From: a virus
Strand: one strand, 5' to 3'
Length of the DNA: 64,000 nucleotides
Virus record (IMG/VR): IMGVR_UViG_3300044843_000488
Location: 10,308-74,307 of that record
Part shown: piece by piece, positions 18,937 to 29,363 of the stretch
Layout: the number at the start of each line of letters is the position of its first letter
Numbering within the stretch: the first letter of the stretch is position 1
Made by a program: the position numbers and the translations under genes
The notes under the pieces: generated by a model
The model's database searches: none
What the model was told of the DNA's origin: nothing
What the model saw: only the letters and a program-made list of their open reading frames with translations

Positions 18937-19349
18937 CAGACTTCGCGGTAAGCAATACTTATACCAATGGTAGTGCCCGCAGTTGGCAGCCAAGCATGCA
19001 ACACATTGAGCTTTTCTCCTGCTCCCGTCTGAAATAGCCCCAATGGATTACTAATCGCAATTGTGCCATTCTTAGGGGCATAGATATGTCCAGTCAGGTT
19101 CGTTGTTGTATTTGACTGAAACTGCAATCTAAACGCCTCATCAGCACTGGCGATTAGGCTCATTACCCTGATTCGCTTTCCCGATACGGCACCGATAAGA
19201 TCATCTGACCCGGTAATGTTGCCCGCCCAGAACTTTAGATCGCTGGTGAACTGGTCGTGAAACGTGATAAATGGGTCAGCGGTAGTCCCTGCTCCGCTTG
19301 ACCTGATATACGCATCACTACCGTTTGCGTCTCTTCCAAACAGTGGCAT
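18936..19349 (-). CDS. Hypothetical structural protein
   Basis: Tightly packed ORF in the tail operon. Confidence 0.55.
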   Translation of the reverse strand: MPLFGRDANGSDAYIRSSGAGTTADPFITFHDQFTSDLKFWAGNITGSDDLIGAVSGKRIRVMSLIASADEAFRLQFQSNTTTNLTGHIYAPKNGTIAISNPLGLFQTGAGEKLNVLHAWLPTAGTTIGISIAYREV

Positions 19350-19715
19350 TTAAATAATCCCTAAATAGAACGAGGTGTTCCTGTAGTCGCGAAAATCCGA
19401 GGTAAAGCCGTACAGGGCTAGCCATCTTGAGGTTTCCCATGCAGAGGAGACCCCTGAGCGCAACATTGCTCTAACCCTAACTCTAACGGCTCTTTCAAAC
19501 GTGAAATTCAGTACGGCCGAGTTTAGCGTCAGCTTACCCAGGCTGAACCATTCATCCTTGTCGCTGTCATTTGTTTGATATTCAAGCTCGTAGTTTGCCA
19601 GCCTAGGATCCGGTCTAACTTGTGCGAACGCCACTCCTGAGAACAGCATGTCCACAATTGAATAATCCTTAAACGTTAAGGCGGGCCAGTCTACAGTAAT
19701 CTTCGTGGTTGCCAT
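19350..19715 (-). CDS. Fibronectin type III-like tail tip protein
   Basis: ITVDW..YELEYQ..W..VRVRA..SAW pattern; TAATG-coupled to the J-like gene. Confidence 0.55.
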   Translation of the reverse strand: MATTKITVDWPALTFKDYSIVDMLFSGVAFAQVRPDPRLANYELEYQTNDSDKDEWFSLGKLTLNSAVLNFTFERAVRVRVRAMLRSGVSSAWETSRWLALYGFTSDFRDYRNTSFYLGII

Positions 19716-22255
19716 TATGGACTGACCAAGATAGTGAAAGAGATAGGAGAACCAAGTTTTGGCGTTCCCGTAGGGCTAAACAAACTTGTTCCCAGAGTAG
19801 CGAGAGTGTCTTTTGTTTCTGATTCCATAAATTCAAACTTCTTTTGGTCATATTTAATTGCCACCACGTTATACGTCCCATTTCCTTCTTCTGAAATCTC
19901 CTGAATCCTGTAGCGGCGGAATGATTTCTCTTCAGATTCCTTTACCAGGATCCATGAGTGTTTGACTGTAGGCGTGGACGAATAGGTGCTTGTACTCAGT
20001 ACGCGGCCAGCCAAGCCAGAGACTGTTGCTTTCATGCAGACTCCAGTCGCCCCATACACGTATAGCGAGTATCCGGCGTAAATACCAGCTGGTAGGTCTC
20101 GGTCAATCGTGACTGAGGTAGTGGATGCGGCACTCACACGACCCCCGTACGTTCCCGGTGTCTTATTTCCATCAGCGATCATCACGATGTCGCCGGGCAG
20201 TAACAAGATGCCTTCGCTCGCGACCCTGAACGTCACAGTCTCTGTGTTATAGATATTACTTCCAATCGTGTAACGCCCAAGCCGCTGTGCTTGAGCTTGA
20301 CTGGTACAACCCAGAGCTCGAATATTTACTGGCCGATAGCCATAGCGATCAATCCCTTCGGGGTGGTGAACTGCAACTTTTGTTTCTTGGTAAAACCTGT
20401 TTGGGTCTACAAAGCTTACATTTGCAATAGTTCTACGCGCGGCCTTTGCCACACCCTCATAAGTAAAGCAGGGCGCCTTGACAGTACCATCCTCTTCTTT
20501 TTCCTGAATCACATTTGATTCCGTAAATAGCTTTAGTTCGCTCTCCGACGTGTAGGCTTTATCTACGACAACACCAATCTTTCCGCCCGCGTAATACAGC
20601 GATCCCTGGAATGTCGATGCTACGCCCTTTATGAGATCATAGGCGTCAGATGCTCCATCTATAACACCATTAAACGTTATACCTTTGTCTTCACAGTAGT
20701 TTGCTGCTTCTTTAAACGAGCCTAAATCGACATCCTCCATCCGAATGCCCGGCTGAACAACTGTCCCGCCTCCCGAAGTTGTTTTTGTATAACTACGTCC
20801 TCCCGCCCCATATCTAGGGTTGGTTATCAGATCGAGGAGTACATATACGGGATTTGTGCTGTATTGGTAGGTAATTGACAAGCTGCTTGTAATGCATGGC
20901 ACTTTTATCCCCTTACACTTTGCATAGATTGTCGGCATCTGAGTAAATTCAGACACATCAAACTTCAGTCCAAGCATTGCCGACTTAGGGAATTTGAGTT
21001 TTTCACTCCACATGACATCAGCAGACACAAAGGTCACATCACCTTTGACCCATTGCCAACTTTCACTATCTTCATCTCCTGCTCGGCTCTCCGGATCGGG
21101 GACCCCGTCTCTGTCCAAGCGCGTAATCCTTATGCTGATTGGTTGAGGAACGCCGCTGATATCAACTTCTAGTACATCAAGCTTTTGGGATTTAACGGGA
21201 CCGCTGTTCCCCCATTCAAATAGCTTGCTATAGAAAGTCAATCCATTTCCGTTAATACACTCGACGATATACCTTAGAAAATTTGTCTTGCCCCTAGTTG
21301 TGTAATCTCTGTACCTCGTCCATGAAGAGCCTTTTGCCCCGTAGCTGTTGACGCAGTAGCAGGGCCCATACGTCAGACGGATTTTTAACGTATCCGCGTA
21401 TGGCTGCTGAAATGAACGAATTACCTGTTGATTTGGCGTAGTACCCTCCATTGCCTGAAGGGTGGCGCCAGCTGAGAGGTGAAAACCACCTGATTTAACA
21501 AATGAGCATGGTTGAGCTGTCTGTTCCCCGTCGCTTAGTTCGATGTTGTCAACGCTTGAGGAGGCTAGACGCGCCCCATTCAAATAAATGTTGTCCTTTG
21601 CCTCTCCTGCCAGCCCCTCAATCTGACCTTCTGATACTACGCCTAGGTAGTAGCCCTTATTGTCATCGATGTAGGAGCTAACAATTGGGATGCTCTGGCA
21701 TAAAAACGTTCCATAGAGTAATGGAATCGGTGCGCCTTGACCGGCTGTAGATTGAGCTCCGTCAAATACAGCATCATCTGCTTCTCGCCCTTCGTCACTT
21801 TTATCCCCCTGCGGAGTTCCAGGCGCCAAGAGACCAGCAACTCCAGTGAATAACAAGCCAAAACCTAAAGCCGCGATCGCACTCTGTATACCAGCGGAAA
21901 TAGTACCTACTGCGCCAAATGCAACCAAGCCAAAGCCGGTAAAGGCGAAGACTATAAGGACGATGCCCAAGAAGATATTAAGGATATTCTTCCAAAGATC
22001 TGCAGAGCCTGTAATAACCGGGACAAGGATAAGCTCTGAACACCCCATTGCAAGTTCTTCCGCGTTAACGCCCTCCTTATTCCTGTTCGTTAATACCCGC
22101 CAGTAAATCCCAAACTCGTGTGAACCTTCCATGAAGGTCCTAAATCCGGGTATTCTATGGCTCAGTGCTCTGATGGCGTCGTTAGGACTATGTACATCTA
22201 AATTAAATTCACGCCCAAAGCGCTTACCAGCTACTCCTTCCAGAATGATCTTCAT
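19715..22255 (-). CDS. Tail tip protein: lambda gpI-like domain fused to gpJ-like host-specificity protein
   Basis: N-terminal L.G..GKRFGREF.LDV.SP.DAIRAL and QGAPIPLLYG (gpI); SEGQIEG, STNPVYVL.D..TNPRYG, GCTS..QA.R.G (gpJ). Confidence 0.85.
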   Translation of the reverse strand: MKIILEGVAGKRFGREFNLDVHSPNDAIRALSHRIPGFRTFMEGSHEFGIYWRVLTNRNKEGVNAEELAMGCSELILVPVITGSADLWKNILNIFLGIVLIVFAFTGFGLVAFGAVGTISAGIQSAIAALGFGLLFTGVAGLLAPGTPQGDKSDEGREADDAVFDGAQSTAGQGAPIPLLYGTFLCQSIPIVSSYIDDNKGYYLGVVSEGQIEGLAGEAKDNIYLNGARLASSSVDNIELSDGEQTAQPCSFVKSGGFHLSAGATLQAMEGTTPNQQVIRSFQQPYADTLKIRLTYGPCYCVNSYGAKGSSWTRYRDYTTRGKTNFLRYIVECINGNGLTFYSKLFEWGNSGPVKSQKLDVLEVDISGVPQPISIRITRLDRDGVPDPESRAGDEDSESWQWVKGDVTFVSADVMWSEKLKFPKSAMLGLKFDVSEFTQMPTIYAKCKGIKVPCITSSLSITYQYSTNPVYVLLDLITNPRYGAGGRSYTKTTSGGGTVVQPGIRMEDVDLGSFKEAANYCEDKGITFNGVIDGASDAYDLIKGVASTFQGSLYYAGGKIGVVVDKAYTSESELKLFTESNVIQEKEEDGTVKAPCFTYEGVAKAARRTIANVSFVDPNRFYQETKVAVHHPEGIDRYGYRPVNIRALGCTSQAQAQRLGRYTIGSNIYNTETVTFRVASEGILLLPGDIVMIADGNKTPGTYGGRVSAASTTSVTIDRDLPAGIYAGYSLYVYGATGVCMKATVSGLAGRVLSTSTYSSTPTVKHSWILVKESEEKSFRRYRIQEISEEGNGTYNVVAIKYDQKKFEFMESETKDTLATLGTSLFSPTGTPKLGSPISFTILVSP

Positions 22256-22590
22256 AGCTCTTTAAGCACCTCTGCAAAAACCGTTAGTCCTTCACTTGCT
22301 GTCCAACGTTCCAGTCTGTCGCTTTCGACGATGTACACGTAGGAAGTTAATTCCATATTCGCAGCTACTGCCAAGTCATGGTCGCTAAAACCCGAAGTTC
22401 CCTTTGGGTGCGAATGAAAGATCGTATCTGGTCTGTGCTTTAAGTAGTCCTCTGCAGATATGACAAAGCTGTCAATTGGATTATCAGATGAGTTCTTGCA
22501 TCTAACGGCAGCGCCGTTTACCACGACCCCACAAGCTTCTTCAGGTAGAGCCTCAATGCACAACTGCGCTATGTGTTTGTGTAAGTTCAT
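22252..22590 (-). CDS. gpK-like tail assembly protein, JAB/MPN domain only
   Basis: PEEACG, FHSHP..SDHD JAMM motif; no NlpC/P60 half. Confidence 0.8.
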   Translation of the reverse strand: MNLHKHIAQLCIEALPEEACGVVVNGAAVRCKNSSDNPIDSFVISAEDYLKHRPDTIFHSHPKGTSGFSDHDLAVAANMELTSYVYIVESDRLERWTASEGLTVFAEVLKEL

Positions 22591-23228
22591 GCTGTTGTCG
22601 CTGGGAATCCCCCAAATGGGTAGGGCTCCGAGTTTCTTTCTTTACAGTCTTCTAGAGTCTTAGCGCACGTGAGCTTGGTCGATGTGGAGCCGCACTCAGG
22701 GCTGCCATAGGCAAATGGACAGAAATTGGCGTATAACTTTCTGGTCGGTATCTGGAGTCCCTCTATATCCATCGCAGACGCTAATTCATAAATCACACCT
22801 AGGTTTGTCTCTTCCGTCTTTCGGTTGAACCACCACAGCTCTGGTGTAAATACCGCTGCAGCGTCATACGTAGACTGCGTTACCCCTCCCACTGAGTGCA
22901 AATATTTTGCGTAGGTTCTCAGCCTCCACAATCTAAATCCAATGAGATCGTCAAAGTCGTACGACAGACTTGTCATTTGTCCGTCTACATTTGCAATTGA
23001 CAGCTTTGGGTTGGGTAGCCGATTGCTTCCTGTGAGCTTGAAATCTGCCGCTGCAATTGGCACGGGTTGATAGTTGACCAAACTAGTAGCGTCTAATCTT
23101 TCGTCGACGTAGCGAACTGATTTTCCACCGGTTTGTTCCGGTGAAACGAGGTATATCTTTCCGCCCCATTTTGGGCTTAGGTGGCTACCGTCAATAATGT
23201 ACAGATTGATAAGGGCGTCTTGTTGCAT
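22587..23228 (-). CDS. Minor tail protein L (lambda gpL-like)
   Basis: Y.PVPI, PKLSIAN, RTYAKYL, ELAS.MD, four C-terminal Cys and PFGGFP. Confidence 0.85.
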   Translation of the reverse strand: MQQDALINLYIIDGSHLSPKWGGKIYLVSPEQTGGKSVRYVDERLDATSLVNYQPVPIAAADFKLTGSNRLPNPKLSIANVDGQMTSLSYDFDDLIGFRLWRLRTYAKYLHSVGGVTQSTYDAAAVFTPELWWFNRKTEETNLGVIYELASAMDIEGLQIPTRKLYANFCPFAYGSPECGSTSTKLTCAKTLEDCKERNSEPYPFGGFPATTA

Positions 23229-23230
23229 TA

Positions 23231-24139
23231 CTAGATTCCGCGCAGCTCCTTAACCAATTTGACGCTTAGTTTCCCTGGTCTGTTTACTCCATTACTCTCT
23301 GTCTGTTTATACCCCTCCCATAAACCCTTTGTGCTCGCAGAATCAAACACAAATGACGCGGCAGATTTGGATGAGTCTTGGTATTCCTTGAGCTTTTCTT
23401 TGTAAGTACCTAGAGTTGGTCCTACGCTGTCATTCCAGGCAAGGCCAACAAGCCTATTCATATGAGCTTCCCAGTCGCTCAGTCCTCCTTTACCGTCATA
23501 AGCAATGGGAACATTGCCAAAGCCTGAGTAATAGTCAGTATTTCTGTCGACAGAACCCCACGAAAATCCGCTTAGTGTGTATGTTTGATGTGGCTCTCGC
23601 TTGGTGAACAGATTGTTATACCCACTCTCGGCGGCCAGGAGATCAATCCAGTTTGCTCCTCTGGTGGGTAAGTATCTCCACATCTTCGGGGTGTTTACAT
23701 TCATACCTGTTTCGGGATCAGTTGTTGTCTCGATCCATACATACGGATATCCTTCACTCGGCGTAGATTGTGGAGATCCCGGCCAATTCATATTTATCCA
23801 GAAACAGGTCTCCGTGCTATCTGCTAGCTCCTCGAATAAGGGATTCGATCCACCCACGCTAGGTGTGGGGTAGCTTCCGCTCTTCAAGGTTGATCCAGAG
23901 GACTCATATCTCTTGAAATAATTCCAGGGCTCAACACCTATCTTTCTGTCGTACAGACTTTCAACCTCTATAGTCGTAAAGTCCTTGATTTTGCCTGGGT
24001 AGCTATTAAGTAAGTCCTTCCTGTCCTCGTAAAACTTCTGTTCCGCATCTTGCAATGCTTTTATGGCGCTGAGAACTTCCGTTGTCTTTGGCAACGTGAC
24101 ATCCATGGTTCCCGTGTTGACAACAGGGTATCTGGCCAT
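23231..24139 (-). CDS. Hypothetical protein between gpM and gpL
   Basis: 302-aa ORF, operon-packed, aromatic-rich. Confidence 0.6.
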   Translation of the reverse strand: MARYPVVNTGTMDVTLPKTTEVLSAIKALQDAEQKFYEDRKDLLNSYPGKIKDFTTIEVESLYDRKIGVEPWNYFKRYESSGSTLKSGSYPTPSVGGSNPLFEELADSTETCFWINMNWPGSPQSTPSEGYPYVWIETTTDPETGMNVNTPKMWRYLPTRGANWIDLLAAESGYNNLFTKREPHQTYTLSGFSWGSVDRNTDYYSGFGNVPIAYDGKGGLSDWEAHMNRLVGLAWNDSVGPTLGTYKEKLKEYQDSSKSAASFVFDSASTKGLWEGYKQTESNGVNRPGKLSVKLVKELRGI

Positions 24140-24143
24140 ACGT

Positions 24144-24500
24144 TTAAGGAGTAAATGCTTCCTGCAGTGTGAACGTGTAAATCCTTCTGTTTGTAGAGGG
24201 TAGTACCTGTTCTGTGTAGCTACCGTTCTTTAGACGATACCTTTTTGACGAGCTTGAGAACGGCGTAATCGTTGCGAGGAAATAGTCTCCTACCGCCACT
24301 AAGTCGAGATTGGCCTTCAGCGCACTGGCGTCGGCTGTCCGCAGTGGCTTGGTCGTTATCTCGTATTCAGTGATTTTCGAGTTTATGCCGTCCTTCTGGA
24401 TTTGCTCGTAGCCATCGCCGAATCCGTACTTCTTTACCCTATGCGTCACCTTCTCGGTGACGTTAAGGGTCAGATCTAAGGCAAGTGCTCTATCGGCCAC
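24144..24500 (-). CDS. Minor tail protein M (lambda gpM-like)
   Basis: FGDGYEQ..DGIN signature, directly after the tape measure. Confidence 0.85.
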   Translation of the reverse strand: MADRALALDLTLNVTEKVTHRVKKYGFGDGYEQIQKDGINSKITEYEITTKPLRTADASALKANLDLVAVGDYFLATITPFSSSSKRYRLKNGSYTEQVLPSTNRRIYTFTLQEAFTP

Positions 24501-27500
24501 TCAACATGCCTCCTGGTCGCTTCTCTTCAAGGATGACGCGCTTAACAGCGCTATCAATAGCTTTACTGAGTTTACCGGCCTGGTCTCCAGACATTTGCGT
24601 GTCTGTTTTACCTTCGTTGTTCACATTAACTGTGATATTGGTGGTTATAGGTGCTCCAGCACCGCCGCTACCTTTCATATCTACTGGAATCGCCTTCCCG
24701 TTGGGCAATGGCACAATCGCTTCGTTGTACGCGCCCTCCCCTACCAGGCCCAGCGTAGGTCGCTTTACGACACCTCCTTGAGCAAATGCCTGGAAGCCCC
24801 CAACAAGAATGTTCCCGTTCCGGCTGAATACTGCGGAGTAGTCCGGAGGCCCATCTTTGAGGAACATGCCGCCCCCGCCGGAACCCATTCCACTCATTAG
24901 GCTCTCCAGCCCGAAGCCACTTGGTGCGCTCCCTCCTCCGCCTCCTCCGCCAAATAGCCCGCCAAATATCCCACCTCCTCCGCCTCCACCCATTGTGTTG
25001 CCAAACAGTCCAAGTAGTGATTTCAGCACAATCATTTTGATCATGTCTGCAATGATCTTTTGTGCCATTTGGAAGAACGAATCGGCAACACTCGTAAACA
25101 TGTCAGCGAGGACTTCCTTTACTGTCTTTGAGCCCGTAAGAATGTCGCGTACACCGAACGAAAATGCTTGACCAACGGCTTGGCCAACCCCAGACGCCAC
25201 ATCGCTGAGCATTTGGAACTCATTGCGCATTGCCTCAAATTCGCCCTGTCGCTCAGCATCGAATAGCTTCTGCTGTCTGAATGCTTCAAATTTTGCTCTT
25301 AGCTCGTCGGCCGCATCCCCTGTAGCGGTACGCCAATCACCATTTTCTTGATCAAGACGTGCAGCTTCTGCTGCGATTTCACCTTCCGCCAGTATGCGTT
25401 GCTGCTCGCGAGGGTCGTAGTACGTCTGGGCCTGCATCTGTGCACTTCCCGTGATGATGCCCTGGGTTGTTCCCAGTGCACTTTGACGGGTCTTATTCAT
25501 CATGTCGATGATGGCTGCTTTTTGCCGTTCGGCATTCAGCGCTTGTAGCCGCATCTTTAATTCTGTGTCAAGCTGTTCTTTCGTTCCACCCGGTCCGTAG
25601 AAGCGTTTCTTCAAATCTGCTTCGATCTCTTTTAGTTTTTCCGCAGTCATCCCCCGCTGCTTTCCGGCTTGTTCAATAGCCTCCGCCATCTCTCTTTCGT
25701 AAATCCTGAGTTTTGCAAGTTGCTCGCCGTATATGGCAACTTTCTCAGGGTCCATCCCCTTCTTCGCAGCCTCAGCAAATGCTTGGACTTGAATCGTGAC
25801 GTCCTTAAACTGCTCTACAGGAATATTTGGAGCCAGAGCTTTAAAGAACTGCTCTAGGTTCTCTTGATTGGTAATTTCTTGGTTGCGTTTTTCGAAGGTT
25901 AGTAGCTGATCATTCAAACTAATTAGCCCTCGCTTCGCTTGTTCAATTCCTCCTGTCGAGGGGGCGGCCACTGTAGGAGTACTCATATCCGGTCTCGCAG
26001 TCGGCGCACTACCGGTCGCTTTACTACCCTGCTGAAGGTGCAGGAATCTATTGCCAAACCCAAATCTCGAGGGTGCGGTATACCCTCCCCCACTGCTGTC
26101 GTATGCGACAGGTCCCACGGGTACAGGTACTGGTGTGCCCATCGGTACCGCTAGATCGATGGCCCCACTACTCGCCCCGGGACGTCTCCCTCGGGTCGCA
26201 TCATGGGCTACCTGTTCCATTCTCAGCAGTCGCTGAAGCTCACTGGAGCTTGTGACCCTCGTGATGTCTTTGTTGATGTTTGACAGCACGATGTACTTCA
26301 CTCCCATCTGTTGCCATGCTTTAATGATCGCTTCGGCTTCTTTTAGGACGTTTGCAGGGTTTGGTCCCCTTAGATCCAAATGAGGGCCACTGCTCCTACC
26401 GCTGCTTCCTACACGTGCTGTAGCGCCTGCCCCGCCGGGGAGCATGGCACCGCCCCCTGTGGGGGTGCTTCCACCAGGGGGGTTGCTTCCTCCTAAATTT
26501 GCAAGTTCTTGTTGCTTTCTTGCATATTCTGCGGCGTCCATCTCAATCTTGGCGCCTTGTTTCTTCATTTCCAGAATTTTCTGGGCAATGTCATACTTGT
26601 AGTTTTCAATTTCTTTTTCGATCTCTGCTGCACGAAGTTGGAATTCTCTTCGGCGGGCCTCAATCGCAGTTTCCCCTTTCTCTTTTTCACTAATGTAGGT
26701 ATTCAGCGCCTCAAGGGCAGCTGCCGATGCTCCTTCTTGGCCATCGATCAGTTTTTTGTTGTAGATGTCAAGCTCTCTTACACGCAGCTCTTCGCCAGCT
26801 TGAAATACTTCTATTTGCTGGCGAGCCAGCTCCATGCGAGCCGAAAATTCGGCATTAGCTGTTTCGCGGGCTAGATCTGCTTGTTGTTTGGCCAGTTGTT
26901 CATTGGCTGCGCCGATCTCTTTCTTTCTGGTCTCTACCTCGTCTGACAGCGATTCTCTTTTCTTTGTCTTTTCGTAGTCTGTAAGAGTATCGGTATATTC
27001 TTTCTCTGCCGCGAAGCGTGCACCGACCGCTTTTTGTAGTTCTGACTCCTTACCCTGTAGCGCGCTTGTGAGCGCGTTTATACCTTGAATATCCAGTCCG
27101 AATGCAAACCCTTTTCTGTCTGCCAGCTCTTTCTTAAGCTTCTTGATGTCTTCTGTTAGTTGATTGACTTTCTTGTCTGCGTCGTTAAAAGCGTCTTTTT
27201 GCTCGGCAAGCTTACTAGTAACAATGCTCTCAGCCAGTTCTTTTTGTGCGCGGGATGCAGCAGATGAATTCTCATCGACGTATTTAAGTTCTCTATTCAG
27301 GCTCTGCAGAGCATCCTTAGCCCTTTTATCGCTAGCAACTTTTTCTTGAGCTCTCTGCCACCTGCCGAAGGCGTCTACAACAGCTGTTATCGCCAACTGA
27401 ACCAGTAGCAAAATAGCGTTGAACTTAAGCATGTTCAACGCCAGCATCTTCATACCGTTACCAAGGGCATTTGCCGCAACATTGGCGGTCGTCATTGCTG

Positions 27501-29328
27501 TACCTGCTCCCTTAGCAGCAGTGCCCGTAGCCGTAAGAGCAGCAGCTAATTGATTCACTGCTGGGACCGCTACTCCAAGACGAGCTATTAGCGCTGTGAT
27601 TGCTTGCCCTAAGGCTGTCATCATCGTGCCCGCAGCAAGCAGTGCCTGACCTAGTGCACGTTGAATGGCTGCGGCAGCAGACGTAACTGCCGCCACAATT
27701 GTGCCCCACATCTGCGTGAACGCAATTCCGCCGGCTACCAGCTTCACAAAGCCCATTACACCGACAGTTTCCAGCAGCTTGAACTGGGCAGTTAGTGAAC
27801 TGAAGTACTGGACAAGCGGAAGGTTTAGAAACTGCCCGTACAGCTGTAGTAGCGATGATGTTGCTGAGATTAAGGGCTGTGCTGCAGCCAGAAGGTTCTG
27901 GAACGCTTGCAGCAATTGCTGAAAGACTTCGACTTTAAGACCTACGAATCCAGAGGCTAAAGCACCTAAGCCTTGCGTGAGGCTCGCAATGCTTTTTGCT
28001 AAAAGATCAAATACGTTGCGCAGCGGCTCTGCCACTTTTGCCGCAAGAGCTGCGATCTTTGTTGAAATTCTGTCTAGGGCAGTGGCGGCATCTTCCGCAA
28101 TTTGTTTGCTTTGCGCCTGCCCTCCACTCAACGCTCTTGAATTTCCAACTGATTGTGTTCCTAGGGTCGAGAAAGCCCCCGCAATTCCCCCTCCAAGAGC
28201 TTTGGCTGCGGCGAACGCCTGTTCTTTAATTCCACTTAAAAGTCCGTAGACCTTCCCAAGCCCAGCAACCAGGGGATCTACTAACGGTGCACCAAATTCC
28301 TTACCCAACAGCTCGGCAAGGTCTCGGAGGTTAGACGTGATTCCACTGAAGCTTTTAGCCGCTATGGCTTGGCCAGCTACAGCAGCTTGTAGTTTCTTGT
28401 TTAGGAAACCAACAACACCCTCTGTGCTTGTCTTCGCCTTACTGACGTCTTCGTTTGTTATGCCTAAAGCTTTTGCCAGGTATGAATCAGTTGTAATGTC
28501 ACCCCGCAAGATTGAACCAATCTCTTGTCGGGCTTGGTATAGCGGTATGCCGAAAGTACCAAGAGCACCTGAGAATGCAATTGCTAGGTCTTCAGCATCT
28601 TTTAAGCTCCCTCCAACTGACCCGATTTGCTGGGCCACCATGCCAAAGACTTCAACAACTTCACCACTAGTAACACCAGCGAGATCCAGCGACCGCTTTC
28701 GGATACTATCAATCCGCTTTTCAATCGTGCCGGTTAGAGCAACAATTGCTTTGTACGGGTCTGTTACTACTTTCCCGTTTACCAGCACGTCATTGGTCGA
28801 AGCCAATGCAGTCTGTGTCTTTAGAAGCTGCTCGCGAAATGCAATCTCTTGGCCTAGTGTTGCTTTAAAGAAACCCCCAAATGCGCCCTGGAGTGCACCA
28901 ACGATTTGCTGAAGACCGTAAAGCGCAAAGCCTGCTTTTGCCAGATTATTGGTTAGCTTTCCGACTGCACTTATTGAACCCTCGAATGAATTCTTTAGGA
29001 TGTTTCCAGCCTTGGCGCCTTCCTTAAGATCCTGGCTGATCTGTGGAATTTGCTTTGTGGTCTGGATTAGCTTCTGCGCTGATTCAATCTTGTCTTGGAG
29101 AAAGGGTGTGCGTTGCGCAACATTTAACGTAGTCTTTAGGGCGCCCCCAATTTCTTCAATGTCTTTTTTGAGTCGTCGAATATTATTCGCTGCGGTGCTA
29201 ATCGAGAAATCTATTTCACGTTTCTTATTCGCTACGTTATCGGCCGTCTTGCCGAGGTCGCTGATATCCTGCTTTGCCCTTCCGGTCTCAGCGGAAATAA
29301 AAAGAGTTAGGTCCCCAAGAGAAGCCAC
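24490..29328 (-). CDS. Tape measure protein with M23-like segment
   Basis: 1612 aa, Ala/Leu/Gln helical; C-terminal FAQGGVV.RPT..GE..EAIVPL; follows the chaperone pair. Confidence 0.92.
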   Translation of the reverse strand: MASLGDLTLFISAETGRAKQDISDLGKTADNVANKKREIDFSISTAANNIRRLKKDIEEIGGALKTTLNVAQRTPFLQDKIESAQKLIQTTKQIPQISQDLKEGAKAGNILKNSFEGSISAVGKLTNNLAKAGFALYGLQQIVGALQGAFGGFFKATLGQEIAFREQLLKTQTALASTNDVLVNGKVVTDPYKAIVALTGTIEKRIDSIRKRSLDLAGVTSGEVVEVFGMVAQQIGSVGGSLKDAEDLAIAFSGALGTFGIPLYQARQEIGSILRGDITTDSYLAKALGITNEDVSKAKTSTEGVVGFLNKKLQAAVAGQAIAAKSFSGITSNLRDLAELLGKEFGAPLVDPLVAGLGKVYGLLSGIKEQAFAAAKALGGGIAGAFSTLGTQSVGNSRALSGGQAQSKQIAEDAATALDRISTKIAALAAKVAEPLRNVFDLLAKSIASLTQGLGALASGFVGLKVEVFQQLLQAFQNLLAAAQPLISATSSLLQLYGQFLNLPLVQYFSSLTAQFKLLETVGVMGFVKLVAGGIAFTQMWGTIVAAVTSAAAAIQRALGQALLAAGTMMTALGQAITALIARLGVAVPAVNQLAAALTATGTAAKGAGTAMTTANVAANALGNGMKMLALNMLKFNAILLLVQLAITAVVDAFGRWQRAQEKVASDKRAKDALQSLNRELKYVDENSSAASRAQKELAESIVTSKLAEQKDAFNDADKKVNQLTEDIKKLKKELADRKGFAFGLDIQGINALTSALQGKESELQKAVGARFAAEKEYTDTLTDYEKTKKRESLSDEVETRKKEIGAANEQLAKQQADLARETANAEFSARMELARQQIEVFQAGEELRVRELDIYNKKLIDGQEGASAAALEALNTYISEKEKGETAIEARRREFQLRAAEIEKEIENYKYDIAQKILEMKKQGAKIEMDAAEYARKQQELANLGGSNPPGGSTPTGGGAMLPGGAGATARVGSSGRSSGPHLDLRGPNPANVLKEAEAIIKAWQQMGVKYIVLSNINKDITRVTSSSELQRLLRMEQVAHDATRGRRPGASSGAIDLAVPMGTPVPVPVGPVAYDSSGGGYTAPSRFGFGNRFLHLQQGSKATGSAPTARPDMSTPTVAAPSTGGIEQAKRGLISLNDQLLTFEKRNQEITNQENLEQFFKALAPNIPVEQFKDVTIQVQAFAEAAKKGMDPEKVAIYGEQLAKLRIYEREMAEAIEQAGKQRGMTAEKLKEIEADLKKRFYGPGGTKEQLDTELKMRLQALNAERQKAAIIDMMNKTRQSALGTTQGIITGSAQMQAQTYYDPREQQRILAEGEIAAEAARLDQENGDWRTATGDAADELRAKFEAFRQQKLFDAERQGEFEAMRNEFQMLSDVASGVGQAVGQAFSFGVRDILTGSKTVKEVLADMFTSVADSFFQMAQKIIADMIKMIVLKSLLGLFGNTMGGGGGGGIFGGLFGGGGGGGSAPSGFGLESLMSGMGSGGGGMFLKDGPPDYSAVFSRNGNILVGGFQAFAQGGVVKRPTLGLVGEGAYNEAIVPLPNGKAIPVDMKGSGGAGAPITTNITVNVNNEGKTDTQMSGDQAGKLSKAIDSAVKRVILEEKRPGGMLSGR

Positions 29329-29363
29329 AGCGCACCTTTCCGTTTTCTTATTTTAGCTGGCTT

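Noticed and set aside
21873-21880. HIP1 site GCGATCGC as a host indicator
   Set aside because: Only an isolated copy noticed; not enriched
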